Shown here piece by piece: positions 49,311 through 60,289 of a stretch of 64,000 nt of DNA. The translations under genes were made by a program, and so were the position numbers. This DNA is from Candidatus Latescibacterota bacterium (lineage in GTDB: Bacteria > Latescibacterota > UBA2968). The DNA is taken from the NCBI GenBank assembly GCA_965208125.1, contig OZ242320.1, forward strand, positions 320,001-384,000, written 5' to 3'. Under the pieces are notes generated by a model, which did not search any database, was not told the origin of the DNA, and saw only the letters and a program-made list of their open reading frames with translations. Numbering within the stretch: the stretch's first letter is position 1; every line of letters starts with the position of its first letter.

Positions 49311-50481
49311 CAGACACCAACCTTTCTACGCACATTCGGATACGCGCCAGAGCCTTTTCGATATTTTCCACAGAATTCGCGTAAGAAAACCGCAAATACC
49401 CCTCGCCATATTCCCCAAAGTCCGACCCCGCCAGACACGCTACGTGTCCCTCATTCAAAATCACATCCGCAATTTCTGCAGATGATCTGCCCAATCCAGT
49501 GATATTTGGAAACGCGTAAAAAGCACCCTCGGGCATCGGGCATGTAATCCCCTCAATCGCATTCAAACCCTCAACAATAATCGCACGCCGTTTGCGAAAC
49601 GCAGCCATCATATCCCCAACTGCATCCTGTGGACCCTTCAATGCAGCCACAGCCGCCATTTGCGTAAACGCAGCCGTACACGAATTGCTATTGACCATCA
49701 GCCGGTCAAAATGCGGGACGAGATCCATCGGCATCACGCCATAGCCAATGCGCCAGCCCGTCATCGCATACGTCTTGGAAAACCCATCGAGAATAATCAA
49801 CAAATCGGCAATACCCTCACACGCCGAAATGCTGTGAAACGCATCGCCATAGACCATCCGGGAATAAATCTCATCGGACAACACGGGAATCTGATGCTCG
49901 ACCGCCACCTCGGCAATCGCCTTCAAATCGCCTTCTGGAATCACGCCACCCGTGGGATTTTGCGGTGAATTTAGAATAATCAGCTTTGTGCGTTCCGTCA
50001 CCAGATCGCGCAACTGATCCGCATCCAGGCTAAACCCGCGATCCTCCGTCAGAGGCACAGGCACGGGTTGAGCACCCGCAAAGCGAATCACCGACTCGTA
50101 AATCGGAAAACCCGGATTCGGATAAATCACCTCATCGCCCTGCTCTGCCAATGCGAGAATAGAATAAAACATAATCGGCTTGGCACCGGGCGTCACCACC
50201 ACCTGATCGGGATGCACGTCAATCTGTCGCTTTGTCGAAATCTCTTCGGCTATTGCCTCGCGCAACTCGGGCAATCCCACGGGCGGACCGTAATGCGTAA
50301 ACCCATCTGACAGCGCTCTTTGTCCCGCCTCGACAATATGTGCGGGCGTATCAAAATCCGGCTCGCCAATTTCCAGATGCACCACATCGTGCCCCATCGC
50401 TTCCAGAGCACGCGCCTTTACCAGCACCTCAAAAGCAGACTCCGTACCCAAAAGCGACATGCGATTTGCAATATTCATCAT
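49285..50481 (-). CDS. Class I/II PLP aminotransferase (aspartate aminotransferase-like)
   Basis: GEPDF, NSPQNPTG, SDEIY, GFSKTYAMTGWRIG. Confidence 0.9.
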   Translation of the reverse strand: MMNIANRMSLLGTESAFEVLVKARALEAMGHDVVHLEIGEPDFDTPAHIVEAGQRALSDGFTHYGPPVGLPELREAIAEEISTKRQIDVHPDQVVVTPGAKPIMFYSILALAEQGDEVIYPNPGFPIYESVIRFAGAQPVPVPLTEDRGFSLDADQLRDLVTERTKLIILNSPQNPTGGVIPEGDLKAIAEVAVEHQIPVLSDEIYSRMVYGDAFHSISACEGIADLLIILDGFSKTYAMTGWRIGYGVMPMDLVPHFDRLMVNSNSCTAAFTQMAAVAALKGPQDAVGDMMAAFRKRRAIIVEGLNAIEGITCPMPEGAFYAFPNITGLGRSSAEIADVILNEGHVACLAGSDFGEYGEGYLRFSYANSVENIEKALARIRMCVERLVSAKADPGAV

Positions 50482-50494
50482 CTCACCTCACGCC

Positions 50495-51058
50495 TTATTT
50501 GATAACAATTGCGTGTGCAACTTCGGGACCGTGAACCCCCAGCGTCAGCCGCATCTCAATATCTGCGGTTCGGCTCGGTCCAGAAATAAAAGTCGCCGTT
50601 GCATTTTCGGGATGATCCAGATAAAACTGGCGCAACGGCTCAGCCGCATCCCTCAAATTCTCCAGCAGCGTACTCGCCTTAAAAATACCGATATGTACTC
50701 GGGGCAACGTCGAAACGAGACGCACGGCATCATCCAGAGCAAACTCGACGAGACTTCCCGACTCAGCCACCGCAAAAACCGCCCAGGACACCCCCGCCTC
50801 GGCAGCATCAATCGCGTGGGGCAATTCAGCACTGTCAAAAGGCGGCACGTGCACATCAATCCCCGCATCCACACACGCACGTTCAACAGCATCGTCTAAC
50901 CCATCGGGCAACTCGGCAAACACAACCCGCTTACAACCCACCTCCCTGAGCACATTGACCACAATAGGCGCAACTGCATCAGCACCCTCAGCCACATGTG
51001 CGACACCGGACAAAGACGCGTACTTTTTGACAAAAGCATCAATCAATTCATCACTCAT
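50495..51058 (-). CDS. LUD domain protein (LutC/YkgG-like)
   Basis: AVAESGS, STLPRVH, ISGPSRTADIE, GVHGP. Confidence 0.85.
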   Translation of the reverse strand: MSDELIDAFVKKYASLSGVAHVAEGADAVAPIVVNVLREVGCKRVVFAELPDGLDDAVERACVDAGIDVHVPPFDSAELPHAIDAAEAGVSWAVFAVAESGSLVEFALDDAVRLVSTLPRVHIGIFKASTLLENLRDAAEPLRQFYLDHPENATATFISGPSRTADIEMRLTLGVHGPEVAHAIVIK

Positions 51059-51226
51059 AATCCACCTATCAATAGAAGTTTGAAAGACATTCAAAGTAAT
51101 GCGAAACACTGTTTGACGCAAGTACACATACGGAGTACACCACTACTTTACCCTTTACCCTTTGCACGCTGCACTTTATCTTATCCCCATTCCGCACGCA
51201 CTATCCATTGTTCACTGGAAACTACC

Positions 51227-52225
51227 ATGCACTCTCCAATACGCATCGCACAAATCGGCCTTGGGCCACTCGGCCAGATGCTCACCCCTTATCTGGTAAA
51301 ACGATCGGGCATTGAAATCGTCAGTGCCGTTGACATTGACCCATCCAAAACAGGTCAGGACCTGGGCGAAGTTAGCCAATGTGACCAACCCCTCGGCATA
51401 GCCATCACCGATGATCTCGACAGGGGATTGGCCAACGCAGACCTCGCCGTAGTGACAACCGTATCAGAACTCCAGCGCATCGCCCCCACCTTAAAAGCAA
51501 TTATCGACCGGGGCGTCAACATCGTTTCAACCTGCGAAGAACTGTCTTATCCCTGGACAAAACAACCCGAATTATCCGCAACCATCGACACCTGGGCAAA
51601 AGAACGCGATGTCTCAGTCCTCGGAACCGGCATCAACCCCGGCTTTCTCATGGACTTCTTGCCCACAGCGGCCACGGGCGTGTGTCACACCGTGCAATCC
51701 ATACGCATAGAACGCATCCAGGACGCCTCCGCGCGCCGTCTCCCCTTTCAGCAAAAAATAGGTGCTGGCCTCACCGTCGAAGAATTCCAGAGCCTCGTCG
51801 CCCAACAAAAAATCCGACATGTCGGCCTCACCGAATCCATGCACATGATCGCGGCGCGATTGGGATGGCAACTCGACCACACCGAAGACATCGTAGAACC
51901 CGTCCTCGCAAAACCGGGACATTGTGCAGGCGTACTACAAACGGGGCGGGGATACCACAACGGGCGGGAAGTCCTCACCCTCATCTTCAAAGCCGCAGTC
52001 GGACAACTGATACACAACGGCGACTCAATCGAATCTCAGGAGCGCATCCAGATCAATGGCACGCCTGCTTATGACCTCATCATACCCGGCGGCATCAACG
52101 GCGACATCGCCACCTGTGCGGTCATCGCCAATGCCATCCCAATAGTCGCATCTGCCGCACCCGGACTGCGCACCATGATCGACATCCCCCCACTCTCCTG
52201 CGCCCAGGAAATCCCCGAGGGATAA
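51227..52225 (+). CDS. NAD(P)-dependent amine dehydrogenase (2,4-diaminopentanoate dehydrogenase / DapB-like)
   Basis: IGLGPLG, VSTCEEL, LGTGINPGFLMD, HVGLTES, GDIAT. Confidence 0.75.
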   Translation: MHSPIRIAQIGLGPLGQMLTPYLVKRSGIEIVSAVDIDPSKTGQDLGEVSQCDQPLGIAITDDLDRGLANADLAVVTTVSELQRIAPTLKAIIDRGVNIVSTCEELSYPWTKQPELSATIDTWAKERDVSVLGTGINPGFLMDFLPTAATGVCHTVQSIRIERIQDASARRLPFQQKIGAGLTVEEFQSLVAQQKIRHVGLTESMHMIAARLGWQLDHTEDIVEPVLAKPGHCAGVLQTGRGYHNGREVLTLIFKAAVGQLIHNGDSIESQERIQINGTPAYDLIIPGGINGDIATCAVIANAIPIVASAAPGLRTMIDIPPLSCAQEIPEG

Positions 52226-54106
52226 ATGCCACCTGCTCTAAGCGATTTTGACCTGCACCTGCACAGCGAAGGCAATCACCACCACATCTACGACTGCCTC
52301 GGCGCACACCCCACAGAAAAAGGCGTGCGTTTTGCCGTATGGGCACCCAATGCCCAGCGCGTAAGCGTGGTTGGCGACTTCAACGCCTGGAATGGATGCC
52401 AGCACCCCATGCAAAACAGAGGCAGCACGGGTGTATGGGAACTATTCATCCCCGACCTGACGCCCGGCATCCTCTACAAATACGAAATCAAAACCCAAAA
52501 CGGCGATATCTTTACCAAAAGCGACCCCTATGCCTTCTGCATCGAACATCGCCCGCGCACAGCCTCTGTCGTGTACCAGCCCGACGACGCCCTGTGGTCC
52601 GATGCCGATTGGCTGCAAACCCGCCAGACAAGAGACCCATACACAGAACCAATCGCCATATACGAAGTACACCCCGGATCCTGGCGGCGCAATCCACACG
52701 AAGGCAACCGACCACTCACCTATCGCGAACTCGCGAATGAACTCGTCGAATACGTCCTCGAAATGGGCTACACCCACATCGAACTCCTCCCCATCATGGA
52801 ACACCCCTTAGACGAATCCTGGGGATATCAGATCACGGGCTATTACGCGCCAACCAGCCGTTTTGGCACGCCAGATGATTTCAAATACCTCGTCAACCAT
52901 TGCCACACCCATGGCATAGGCGTCATCCTCGACTGGGTACCCGCACACTTCCCAACAGACGCACATGGACTCGCACAATTCGATGGCTCGGCCCTGTACG
53001 AACACGCCGATCCCCGGCAAGGGACACACCCCGATTGGGACACCTTAATTTTCAATTACGGACGCAATGAAGTGCGAAACTTTCTGATCGCCAATGCCCT
53101 CTTCTGGATCGAAAAATACCACATCGACGGCTTGCGCGTCGATGCAGTCGCATCCATGCTCTACCTCGATTATTCGCGCAAAGAAGGCGAATGGATCCCC
53201 AACCAATATGGCGGCAGGGAAAATTTAGACGCCATCGCCTTTATGCATCAGCTCAATACCCTGATCCACGAAAAGTTCCCGGGCGTCTTGATGATCGCCG
53301 AAGAATCGACCTCCTGGCCCGGCGTCTCCCGCCCCGTTTATCTGGGCGGCCTCGGCTTTGGATTCAAATGGAACATGGGCTGGATGAACGACACCCTATC
53401 CTACATCTCCAAAGAACCGATCCACCGCAAATACCACCACGACAACCTCACCTTTGGCCTCGTCTATGCCTTCCACGAAAACTTTATCCTCGTACTCTCC
53501 CACGACGAAGTCGTCCACGGCAAACGCGCCCTCATAGACAAAATGCCCGGCGACCGCTGGCAAAAATTTGCCAATCTGCGCGTCTTTTACGCTTTTCAAT
53601 ACGCCCATCCCGGCAAAAAGTTGCTCTTTATGGGCGGCGAACTCGGACAGTGGCAAGAGTGGAACTCACAGGAAAGCGTACACTGGCACCTGCTCGCAGA
53701 ACCCGACCACGCGGGCCTGAAGCGCTTTGTAAGAGACCTCAACACCCTCTACCGGGGAGAACCCGCACTCTACGAACAAGATTTTGACCCCGAAGGCTTT
53801 GAATGGATCTCGCTCCACGACGCCTCAAACAGCGTCCTATCCTTCCTGCGCCGCGCGCGCTCACACAATGCCCCTTTGATCTTTGCCTGCAACTTTACCC
53901 CCGTCCCAAGAGAAAACTACCGCATAGGCGTACCCACACCCGGCACCTATCGCGAACTCATCAACAGCGATTCCGAACGCTATGGCGGCAGCAACATGGG
54001 CAATCTCGGCACCGTCCACACCGAACCCATTGCAAGTCACGGCCATCCGCAATCTCTGCAAATCACCCTCCCTCCACTCGCCGCTGTCATATTCAAACCC
54101 GGGTAA
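52226..54106 (+). CDS. glgB: 1,4-alpha-glucan branching enzyme
   Basis: [45 protein letters not shown]. Confidence 0.95.
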   Translation: MPPALSDFDLHLHSEGNHHHIYDCLGAHPTEKGVRFAVWAPNAQRVSVVGDFNAWNGCQHPMQNRGSTGVWELFIPDLTPGILYKYEIKTQNGDIFTKSDPYAFCIEHRPRTASVVYQPDDALWSDADWLQTRQTRDPYTEPIAIYEVHPGSWRRNPHEGNRPLTYRELANELVEYVLEMGYTHIELLPIMEHPLDESWGYQITGYYAPTSRFGTPDDFKYLVNHCHTHGIGVILDWVPAHFPTDAHGLAQFDGSALYEHADPRQGTHPDWDTLIFNYGRNEVRNFLIANALFWIEKYHIDGLRVDAVASMLYLDYSRKEGEWIPNQYGGRENLDAIAFMHQLNTLIHEKFPGVLMIAEESTSWPGVSRPVYLGGLGFGFKWNMGWMNDTLSYISKEPIHRKYHHDNLTFGLVYAFHENFILVLSHDEVVHGKRALIDKMPGDRWQKFANLRVFYAFQYAHPGKKLLFMGGELGQWQEWNSQESVHWHLLAEPDHAGLKRFVRDLNTLYRGEPALYEQDFDPEGFEWISLHDASNSVLSFLRRARSHNAPLIFACNFTPVPRENYRIGVPTPGTYRELINSDSERYGGSNMGNLGTVHTEPIASHGHPQSLQITLPPLAAVIFKPG

Positions 54107-54117
54107 AATGCAAAAAA

Positions 54118-54149
54118 TTGGGACTTGATCTTTGAAGGTCAAGTCCCAA
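54118..54149. terminator. Strong hairpin between convergent genes
   Basis: TTGGGACTTGATC-TTTGAA-GGTCAAGTCCCAA. Confidence 0.7.
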
Positions 54150-54171
54150 ACGTTTTATATCGCCCTGTTTT

Positions 54172-56601
54172 TTATTCACTGCGCAGGGAATCCACAGGAT
54201 TGGCACCCGCAGTTCTGACAGCCTGCCACCCCACCGTCACCAGAGCAATGATCAGCGTCAGCACCCCACTTAATAGGAAAAACCCGATACTCAGATCAAT
54301 GCGATAGGCGAAATTGTGCAGCCAGCCGCTCATCGCATAATAGGCGACTGGCCAGGCCAGGAGATTTGCCAGAACAACGGGCTTTACAAAATCCTTTGTA
54401 AACAGCAGCACAATATTCGCGACTGATGCCCCCAGCACCTTCCGAATCCCGACCTCTTTTGTGCGCTGTTCCGCTATATAAGAGGCCAAACCAAACAGAC
54501 CGAGACAGGCGATACAAATAGCCAGCGCTGTCAGACCTCCAAGCATCTTGCCGCGCTGTTCATCTGCGCGATACTGGCGTTCAAAATAATCATCCAAAAA
54601 TGCGTACTCAAATGGAGAATACGGAACATAGGTCTCCCACTTCTCTTTCAAAAAACTCAGCGCATCCGAACTCCGATTTGGACGAACTCTTACCAAAAGA
54701 TAATTACCGCCACTCGGCGAAATATGCAAAAACATCGGTTCAATCTGCTGATAAAGAGATTGAACGTGAAAATCCTTCACTACGCCTATGACAGTACGAG
54801 GTCGGCTCTCCCGAAATATCAGCACCAATTCCTTACCAATAGCCTCCTTGGGCGAACCCCAGCCAAAATGCACAACCGCTGTTTCGTTTACAACAACAGC
54901 TTCAGCCTCGTCAGTTGTGAAATCTTTTGAAAAATCCCTTCCTTCAATTATCTCAATTCCAAGAGTTTTTATAAAATCGTGATCGACTGCATAACCCGGC
55001 ACTTGCATTTCACCCTGGACGCCTTCCGGATGCACCGACCGTCTGATAAGAGGAAACCCCGTTGATCGAGTTGGCACAGGTACACGAGATGATAGCGTGC
55101 AACCCAGGAGATCGGGACTCTGTAAAAAGTCAGCCTTGATCGCCTCGTATTTTGCACGGAGATCTCGCTGTCTGCTGAAAAGCGGCATAGAAATAACGTT
55201 CGCCCTTTCAAACCCCAGATCCTTGTCTTTCACATACGCCATTTGCGAATAAATAACGCTCGTGCCTGTGATCAGCGCGATTGAGATAGCAAATTGGATA
55301 ACCACGAGCAGTTGTCTGATGCGCGAAGTCTGCAAACCCGCCTGCCGAACCCCCTTTAACACCGTTACAGGTTGAAATGTAGAGAGAAAAAACGCCGGAT
55401 AACTTCCCGCGACAATACCCGTAACAAGCGCGACACCAGCCAAACCCAGTATCGCAGAGATACTGGTGTATTCAACGACCAATTGTTGACCGATCAAACG
55501 ATTAAAAAGCGGCAATGAAAGTTCGACAAGGGAAACCGCAAACAAAAGCGCAATAAATGCCAACAGTGCAGATTCACCTATAAATTGCCGGATCAATTGC
55601 AGGCGGTAAGCTCCTACAACCTTTCTTATACCCACCTCCTTCGCACGCGCGGCAGAGCGCGCCGTCGAAAGATTCATAAAATTGATACAGGCGATCAAGA
55701 GCACGAAGCAGGCGAGTGCGGAAAAGATATAGACGTGAACAATATCGCTATTCGGCTCGATCTCATGACTTAAATGCGAGTAAAGGTGGATTCTCGTAAT
55801 AGGCTGTAAGAAGAATCTCATACCCATTCCACGCTCTGACAGCACCTCCCCCATGTATTTTTTCACAAACGCGGGAAATTTATCCTCAAGCTCCTGGGAC
55901 GAATATCCCTTCGGAAGAACCACATAGGTGTAAAGCAACGGATTTGACAGCCAATTCTTCAGAATAGCACTTGTCGCGCCTCTCTCATGTAAACTCGCAT
56001 ACGAAGCCAAAATATCGAATCTAAAATGAGAATTGCGCGGAATTTCCCGTATAATCCCCGTCACTGTATAATGGTTTTGCAAGACAGGCGTTACAAATGT
56101 GAGAACCTGACCCATAGGATCTTTTGTACCGAAATACTTGCGTGCCGCTCTCTCGGTAAGCACGACAGAATAGGGTGACTGAAGCGCCGTATGTCGGTCT
56201 CCCTTGATTAAGGAAAAATCAAAAACCTCCAAAACCGATGCATCTCCAAAAAGGATAGACTCTTGAAAGCGGTTATTCTCATGAAAGATCACAGATGATC
56301 CACGCACGAATCTGGCGGCCTGGACAGCCTCGGGAAATTCGGCGCGCAAAGCCGGAGCCAATGGAGGTGGGGAAGTCGCTGTTGGCATAATCTGTCCATC
56401 TGTGGCTATTCGCTCCTGTGCAACCCTGTAAATCCGATCTGCTTTTTCATGATACGTATCATAACTGAGTTCAAAGCGGACAAAACTCAAAATCAAGACA
56501 CAAGTCGCTATACCAATCGCCAGTCCTACTATATTGACAAATGAATACACTTTTTGCCGAAACAGACTGCGCAAAGCGACGGTCAGATAATTTCTTAACA
56601 T
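54172..56601 (-). CDS. MacB/FtsX-type ABC transporter permease (duplicated domains)
   Basis: MLRNYLTVALR, IACINFMNLSTARS, EVGIRKVVGA / EVGIRKVLGA, ANPVDSLRSE. Confidence 0.9.
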   Translation of the reverse strand: MLRNYLTVALRSLFRQKVYSFVNIVGLAIGIATCVLILSFVRFELSYDTYHEKADRIYRVAQERIATDGQIMPTATSPPPLAPALRAEFPEAVQAARFVRGSSVIFHENNRFQESILFGDASVLEVFDFSLIKGDRHTALQSPYSVVLTERAARKYFGTKDPMGQVLTFVTPVLQNHYTVTGIIREIPRNSHFRFDILASYASLHERGATSAILKNWLSNPLLYTYVVLPKGYSSQELEDKFPAFVKKYMGEVLSERGMGMRFFLQPITRIHLYSHLSHEIEPNSDIVHVYIFSALACFVLLIACINFMNLSTARSAARAKEVGIRKVVGAYRLQLIRQFIGESALLAFIALLFAVSLVELSLPLFNRLIGQQLVVEYTSISAILGLAGVALVTGIVAGSYPAFFLSTFQPVTVLKGVRQAGLQTSRIRQLLVVIQFAISIALITGTSVIYSQMAYVKDKDLGFERANVISMPLFSRQRDLRAKYEAIKADFLQSPDLLGCTLSSRVPVPTRSTGFPLIRRSVHPEGVQGEMQVPGYAVDHDFIKTLGIEIIEGRDFSKDFTTDEAEAVVVNETAVVHFGWGSPKEAIGKELVLIFRESRPRTVIGVVKDFHVQSLYQQIEPMFLHISPSGGNYLLVRVRPNRSSDALSFLKEKWETYVPYSPFEYAFLDDYFERQYRADEQRGKMLGGLTALAICIACLGLFGLASYIAEQRTKEVGIRKVLGASVANIVLLFTKDFVKPVVLANLLAWPVAYYAMSGWLHNFAYRIDLSIGFFLLSGVLTLIIALVTVGWQAVRTAGANPVDSLRSE

Positions 56602-56735
56602 GGCCTCCCCTTTTTAAAATTGAATCAGCCTCCTCAACATAGACTTAGACAAAATGTTTTTTCTAAGGTTTCTAAAAAATCTTCACATCCAGACCAATCT
56701 CGGGCAGCAAATCCAACTTTTTTATTGCAAAGTCC

Positions 56736-56764
56736 TTGTGTACGCAACATCAGTGTTTTATAAT
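56736..56764 (+). promoter_or_regulatory. Sigma70-type promoter
   Basis: TTGTGT-17 nt-TATAAT upstream of the LarA-like gene. Confidence 0.55.
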
Positions 56765-56818
56765 GTGCTTCATCAAACAAGACCCCAATCTAACCGCACA
56801 AAAACAAAAGAGGCCGCG

Positions 56819-58063
56819 ATGAACAACACCGCCACAATACACACCCGTGCCTGGGCGGGTGATGAAGCCCTCATCCTCACCTTTCCCGAAGGCTGGACAG
56901 TCGAAACCTTTGGTCCACAGGAATGCCCTCAAGTCACCGCAGAGCAGATCCAAACCGCCTTTGACAACCCCATCGGCACACTGCGGATATCCGAACTCGC
57001 CAAAGGGAAAAACAGCGCCGCAATCATCGTAGATGACCTGAGCCGTCCCACACCCGCTGCCGAACTCATCCCCTATGTCCTCAAAGAACTCGACACAGCC
57101 GGCATACCAAAAAATCAAATCCGCTTTGTCGTAGGCGGGGGATCTCACCGCCCAATCGACGCGGAAGAAATCGACAAAAAAGTAGGCGCTGATATCGCCC
57201 GCACCTATGAAGTCACAAACCACAACTTCATGGGCGGCGACCTCCGCGCCCTGGGCAGCCTGGACAGCGGCCTCCCCATTTACATCGACAGAATTGTCGC
57301 GGATGCCGACCTCAAGCTCTGCGTTGGCGGCATCTATCCCCACGGCAACGTGGGATTTGGCGGCGGCGCCAAGCTCATCTTGCCAGGTGTATCGGGCTTT
57401 GCCACCATGTTCTACTTTCACACCTTTTACGCAAATCGGGGACACGCCAATATTGAACGACAGGGCGACGAACCCGACCATCGAGACGCCGCCGAAGCAG
57501 TCGCAAAAGTCCTGGGCCTCGATGCCGTCGTCAATGTGACACTCAACCGCAAACGCCAGATCACCGGTGTATTTGTGGGCGACTTCATCCAGGCGCAGCG
57601 CACCGGTGCCCAATTCGCACGAAAAACCTACGCAACCCAGACCCCGGAAACAGAGCCTGACCTCGTCATAGCCAACGCCTATCCGCTTGACTACGACCCC
57701 GTACAAACCGCAAAAGCACTCTGGCCGCTTCGGCTCTTCAAAAACGCCTACAAAGTCGCCATCAATCCCGCCACCGATGGAATCTGTCACCACGGACTAT
57801 ACGACGAAATAGACTACGCGCGGTTTTGCAAACAGCAATCCGAACAGCCCCAGCAAGAACTCCCCAAACCCAAAATCGAAGGACCGCACCAGACCCTGAT
57901 GTGGTCTGAAAATTTTCCAGTTGACGAATTTTACAAACGCAATCCCGACGGCGTTCTCTTCCGCGATTGGGACACACTCCTCAACCAACTCATCGAAAAA
58001 TTGCCCGATAATGCCCGCGTCGCCGTATTTCCAAATGCAGCCATTCAAGTTTCTGCAAAATAA
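56819..58063 (+). CDS. LarA-family (nickel-pincer) racemase/epimerase
   Basis: DDLSRPTP, GSHR, PHGNVGFGGGAKLILPG; ATG at 56819. Confidence 0.8.
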   Translation: MNNTATIHTRAWAGDEALILTFPEGWTVETFGPQECPQVTAEQIQTAFDNPIGTLRISELAKGKNSAAIIVDDLSRPTPAAELIPYVLKELDTAGIPKNQIRFVVGGGSHRPIDAEEIDKKVGADIARTYEVTNHNFMGGDLRALGSLDSGLPIYIDRIVADADLKLCVGGIYPHGNVGFGGGAKLILPGVSGFATMFYFHTFYANRGHANIERQGDEPDHRDAAEAVAKVLGLDAVVNVTLNRKRQITGVFVGDFIQAQRTGAQFARKTYATQTPETEPDLVIANAYPLDYDPVQTAKALWPLRLFKNAYKVAINPATDGICHHGLYDEIDYARFCKQQSEQPQQELPKPKIEGPHQTLMWSENFPVDEFYKRNPDGVLFRDWDTLLNQLIEKLPDNARVAVFPNAAIQVSAK

Positions 58064-58144
58064 TGGCCTGAAAAAGCGGAATTTTACTTTCACTCACGCG
58101 CCTATCATGCTATATTGGGCGCCGATGCAATTATGAGAAAAAAC

Positions 58145-58209
58145 ACGCAAGAGAACGGGGAGACGTAGGGACTGGGGGAGATCCTTGCCAATCCCTTGTT
58201 CTCTTGCGT
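58145..58209 (+). repeat. Long leader hairpin enclosing a GTAG REP-like stem
   Basis: ACGCAAGAGAAC/GTTCTCTTGCGT perfect 12-bp stem; inner GTAGGGACTGG...CCAATCCCT. Confidence 0.6.
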
Positions 58210-58228
58210 TATTATATTGGAGGACGCT

Positions 58229-59029
58229 ATGCTGACACAAGAACAAATCGACTTCTACCGCGAAAATGGGTATCTCAAATGCGAAGCGCTCTTTACCCCT
58301 GAAGAAACCGCTGAACTCGGCTCGGAAATGGTGCGCATCATCGAAAACTGGGGCAACGAAACCATTGGTTGGCGGGGACCGTGGCGCGACCGATACCTGC
58401 CCGAAGACGAACGCCTCAACACCAAAGCGGTCTTCATGCACAATCCCCAATTCTACTCCGCAGCCTGGGGACGCGCCATCTTCAACGAACGACTCGTCGG
58501 CTGTGTAGAAGATCTGATCTGCGACACCGTTCAGTGGCACCACACCGTACTCCATGCCAAACCGCCAGAACTCGGCACACCTTTTCCCATGCACCAGGAC
58601 TATCCCTTTTATCCGCACGACGGCCCCGATTTTGTCGATTGCTTGCTTCACCTCGACGACACCCCAATAGAAAGCGGGTGCTTGCGCGTGGTGCCCGGCA
58701 GCCACAAAAAGGGTCCGCTCGTTCACGTCCTGGGCCCAGACACCTCTCCTCATCTGCCGCCGGACGATTACCACCCCGACAAAATCGACTCCATCTTGAT
58801 CCCGGCAAAAGCCGGAGACGTCATCTTCTTTAGCTATCAGATCATTCACTGGTCCGACTGCAACCGCACCGACGAATGGCGAAAATCCGTACGCTTCGGC
58901 TACCACAGCACCCAGATGCAACCCGTGGGCCGCGCAGAAGACGACCCCTACCGCATCGATCCCAACAACATTTTGGAACGCAAAGACAGCACCATTGTGT
59001 CCGGCTTTAGAATGAACGAAGCAAATTAA
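58229..59029 (+). CDS. Phytanoyl-CoA dioxygenase (PhyH) family Fe/2OG dioxygenase
   Basis: FYRENGY, AKPP, MHQD (HxD), GCLRVVPGSH, IHWS. Confidence 0.85.
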   Translation: MLTQEQIDFYRENGYLKCEALFTPEETAELGSEMVRIIENWGNETIGWRGPWRDRYLPEDERLNTKAVFMHNPQFYSAAWGRAIFNERLVGCVEDLICDTVQWHHTVLHAKPPELGTPFPMHQDYPFYPHDGPDFVDCLLHLDDTPIESGCLRVVPGSHKKGPLVHVLGPDTSPHLPPDDYHPDKIDSILIPAKAGDVIFFSYQIIHWSDCNRTDEWRKSVRFGYHSTQMQPVGRAEDDPYRIDPNNILERKDSTIVSGFRMNEAN

Positions 59030-59032
59030 AGT

Positions 59033-60277
59033 ATGAACAAACCCAACATCATCATCGTACTCGCCGACGACATGGGCTATGGCGACTCCAGTGCGTACGG
59101 AGGCTGGATCGATACGCCCGCAATGGAACAAATGGCCCACGAAGGGCTTAAATTCACCGACTTTCACTCCAGCGGTGCGGTTTGCAGCCCCACGCGCGCC
59201 GGACTACTCACCGGACGCTATCAACAGCGCGCAGGCGTGCCCAAAGTAATCGGCGCCAATCCCCAAAGTGCCGACCACTATGTGGGATTGTACCCCTCTG
59301 AAATCACCTTTCCCAAACTGCTCAAAAAAGCCGGCTACACCTCTGCCATATTTGGCAAATGGCACCTCGGTTACGACAAAAAATTCAATCCCCTGCACCA
59401 CGACTTTGATCGCTTTCGCGGATATGTAAGCGGCAACATCGACTACATCTCGCACTACGACCGCATGGAAGTGTACGACTGGTGGGAGGGCCTCGAACAC
59501 ATCGAAGAAGAAGGCTATACCACACACCTCATCACCCAGCATTCCGTGCAATTCATCAAAGATCACAAAGACACGCCCTTTTGCCTCTACGTTGCACACG
59601 AAGCCGTACACACCCCATTGCAGGGACCTGATGATCCCGCCATTCGCGGTCCGGAAAAAGCCGACTTTCATCCCGACGATCCCCGGGAAACCTATTGCCA
59701 GATGATGAAAGCCATGGACGACAGCCTGGCCAAAATCATGGGCACAGTCCGAGAACTCGGCATTGAGGAAAACACCCTCGTCTTCTTCTTTTCCGACAAC
59801 GGCGGCACCCGTCAAAATCCCGAATCCAACGCTCCGTTGCGCGGGAACAAGGGCACAGTATGGGAAGGCGGCCACCGCGTCCCCGCCATTGCATGGTGGC
59901 CCGGAACAATAGCCCCCAACAGCATCACCGACCAACTCGCCATCAGCATCGACCTCTTTCCCACCATGTGCGACCTCGCAGGAACATCTGCGCCCGCCAA
60001 TCACTTTGACGGCATCAGCCTCAAATCCACCCTCCTGAGCGAGGGCGAACCCGGTGCCCGACAATTGTTCTGGAATGGCCTTGCCATGCGCGACGACAAG
60101 TACAAACTCGTAATCGACAAAGACACGCCACATCTATTCGACCTATCTCAGGACATATCGGAAAGCAACGACCTCGCATCGCAACAACTCGACCGCGTCC
60201 AGCAAATGTGCCAGGCAATCGATGCCTGGAAACGCGACGTAGCCGATGGCGCAACACCGCAAAAAGATACATTCTGA
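59033..60277 (+). CDS. Sulfatase (arylsulfatase-like)
   Basis: PNIIIVLADDMGYGD, CSPTRAGLLTGRY, GKWHLG, SDNGG, EGGHRVP. Confidence 0.9.
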   Translation: MNKPNIIIVLADDMGYGDSSAYGGWIDTPAMEQMAHEGLKFTDFHSSGAVCSPTRAGLLTGRYQQRAGVPKVIGANPQSADHYVGLYPSEITFPKLLKKAGYTSAIFGKWHLGYDKKFNPLHHDFDRFRGYVSGNIDYISHYDRMEVYDWWEGLEHIEEEGYTTHLITQHSVQFIKDHKDTPFCLYVAHEAVHTPLQGPDDPAIRGPEKADFHPDDPRETYCQMMKAMDDSLAKIMGTVRELGIEENTLVFFFSDNGGTRQNPESNAPLRGNKGTVWEGGHRVPAIAWWPGTIAPNSITDQLAISIDLFPTMCDLAGTSAPANHFDGISLKSTLLSEGEPGARQLFWNGLAMRDDKYKLVIDKDTPHLFDLSQDISESNDLASQQLDRVQQMCQAIDAWKRDVADGATPQKDTF

Positions 60278-60289
60278 TAGAGGAGATTT

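Noticed and set aside
50495-51058. Lactate utilisation operon
   Set aside because: Only a LutC-like gene is present; lutA and lutB are absent from the window.
51146-51164. CCCTTTA-like short repeats
   Set aside because: Only 2-3 imperfect copies with no facing array; could be chance.
54172-56601. Orphan MacB-type permease as a novel system
   Set aside because: Stand-alone paralogs of this permease type are common and can share an ATPase encoded elsewhere.
56750-60133. Long minus-strand ORFs 56750-57793, 58094-59167 and 59204-60133, plus 63223-63978
   Set aside because: Antisense shadows produced by C-rich codon usage of the real plus-strand genes.
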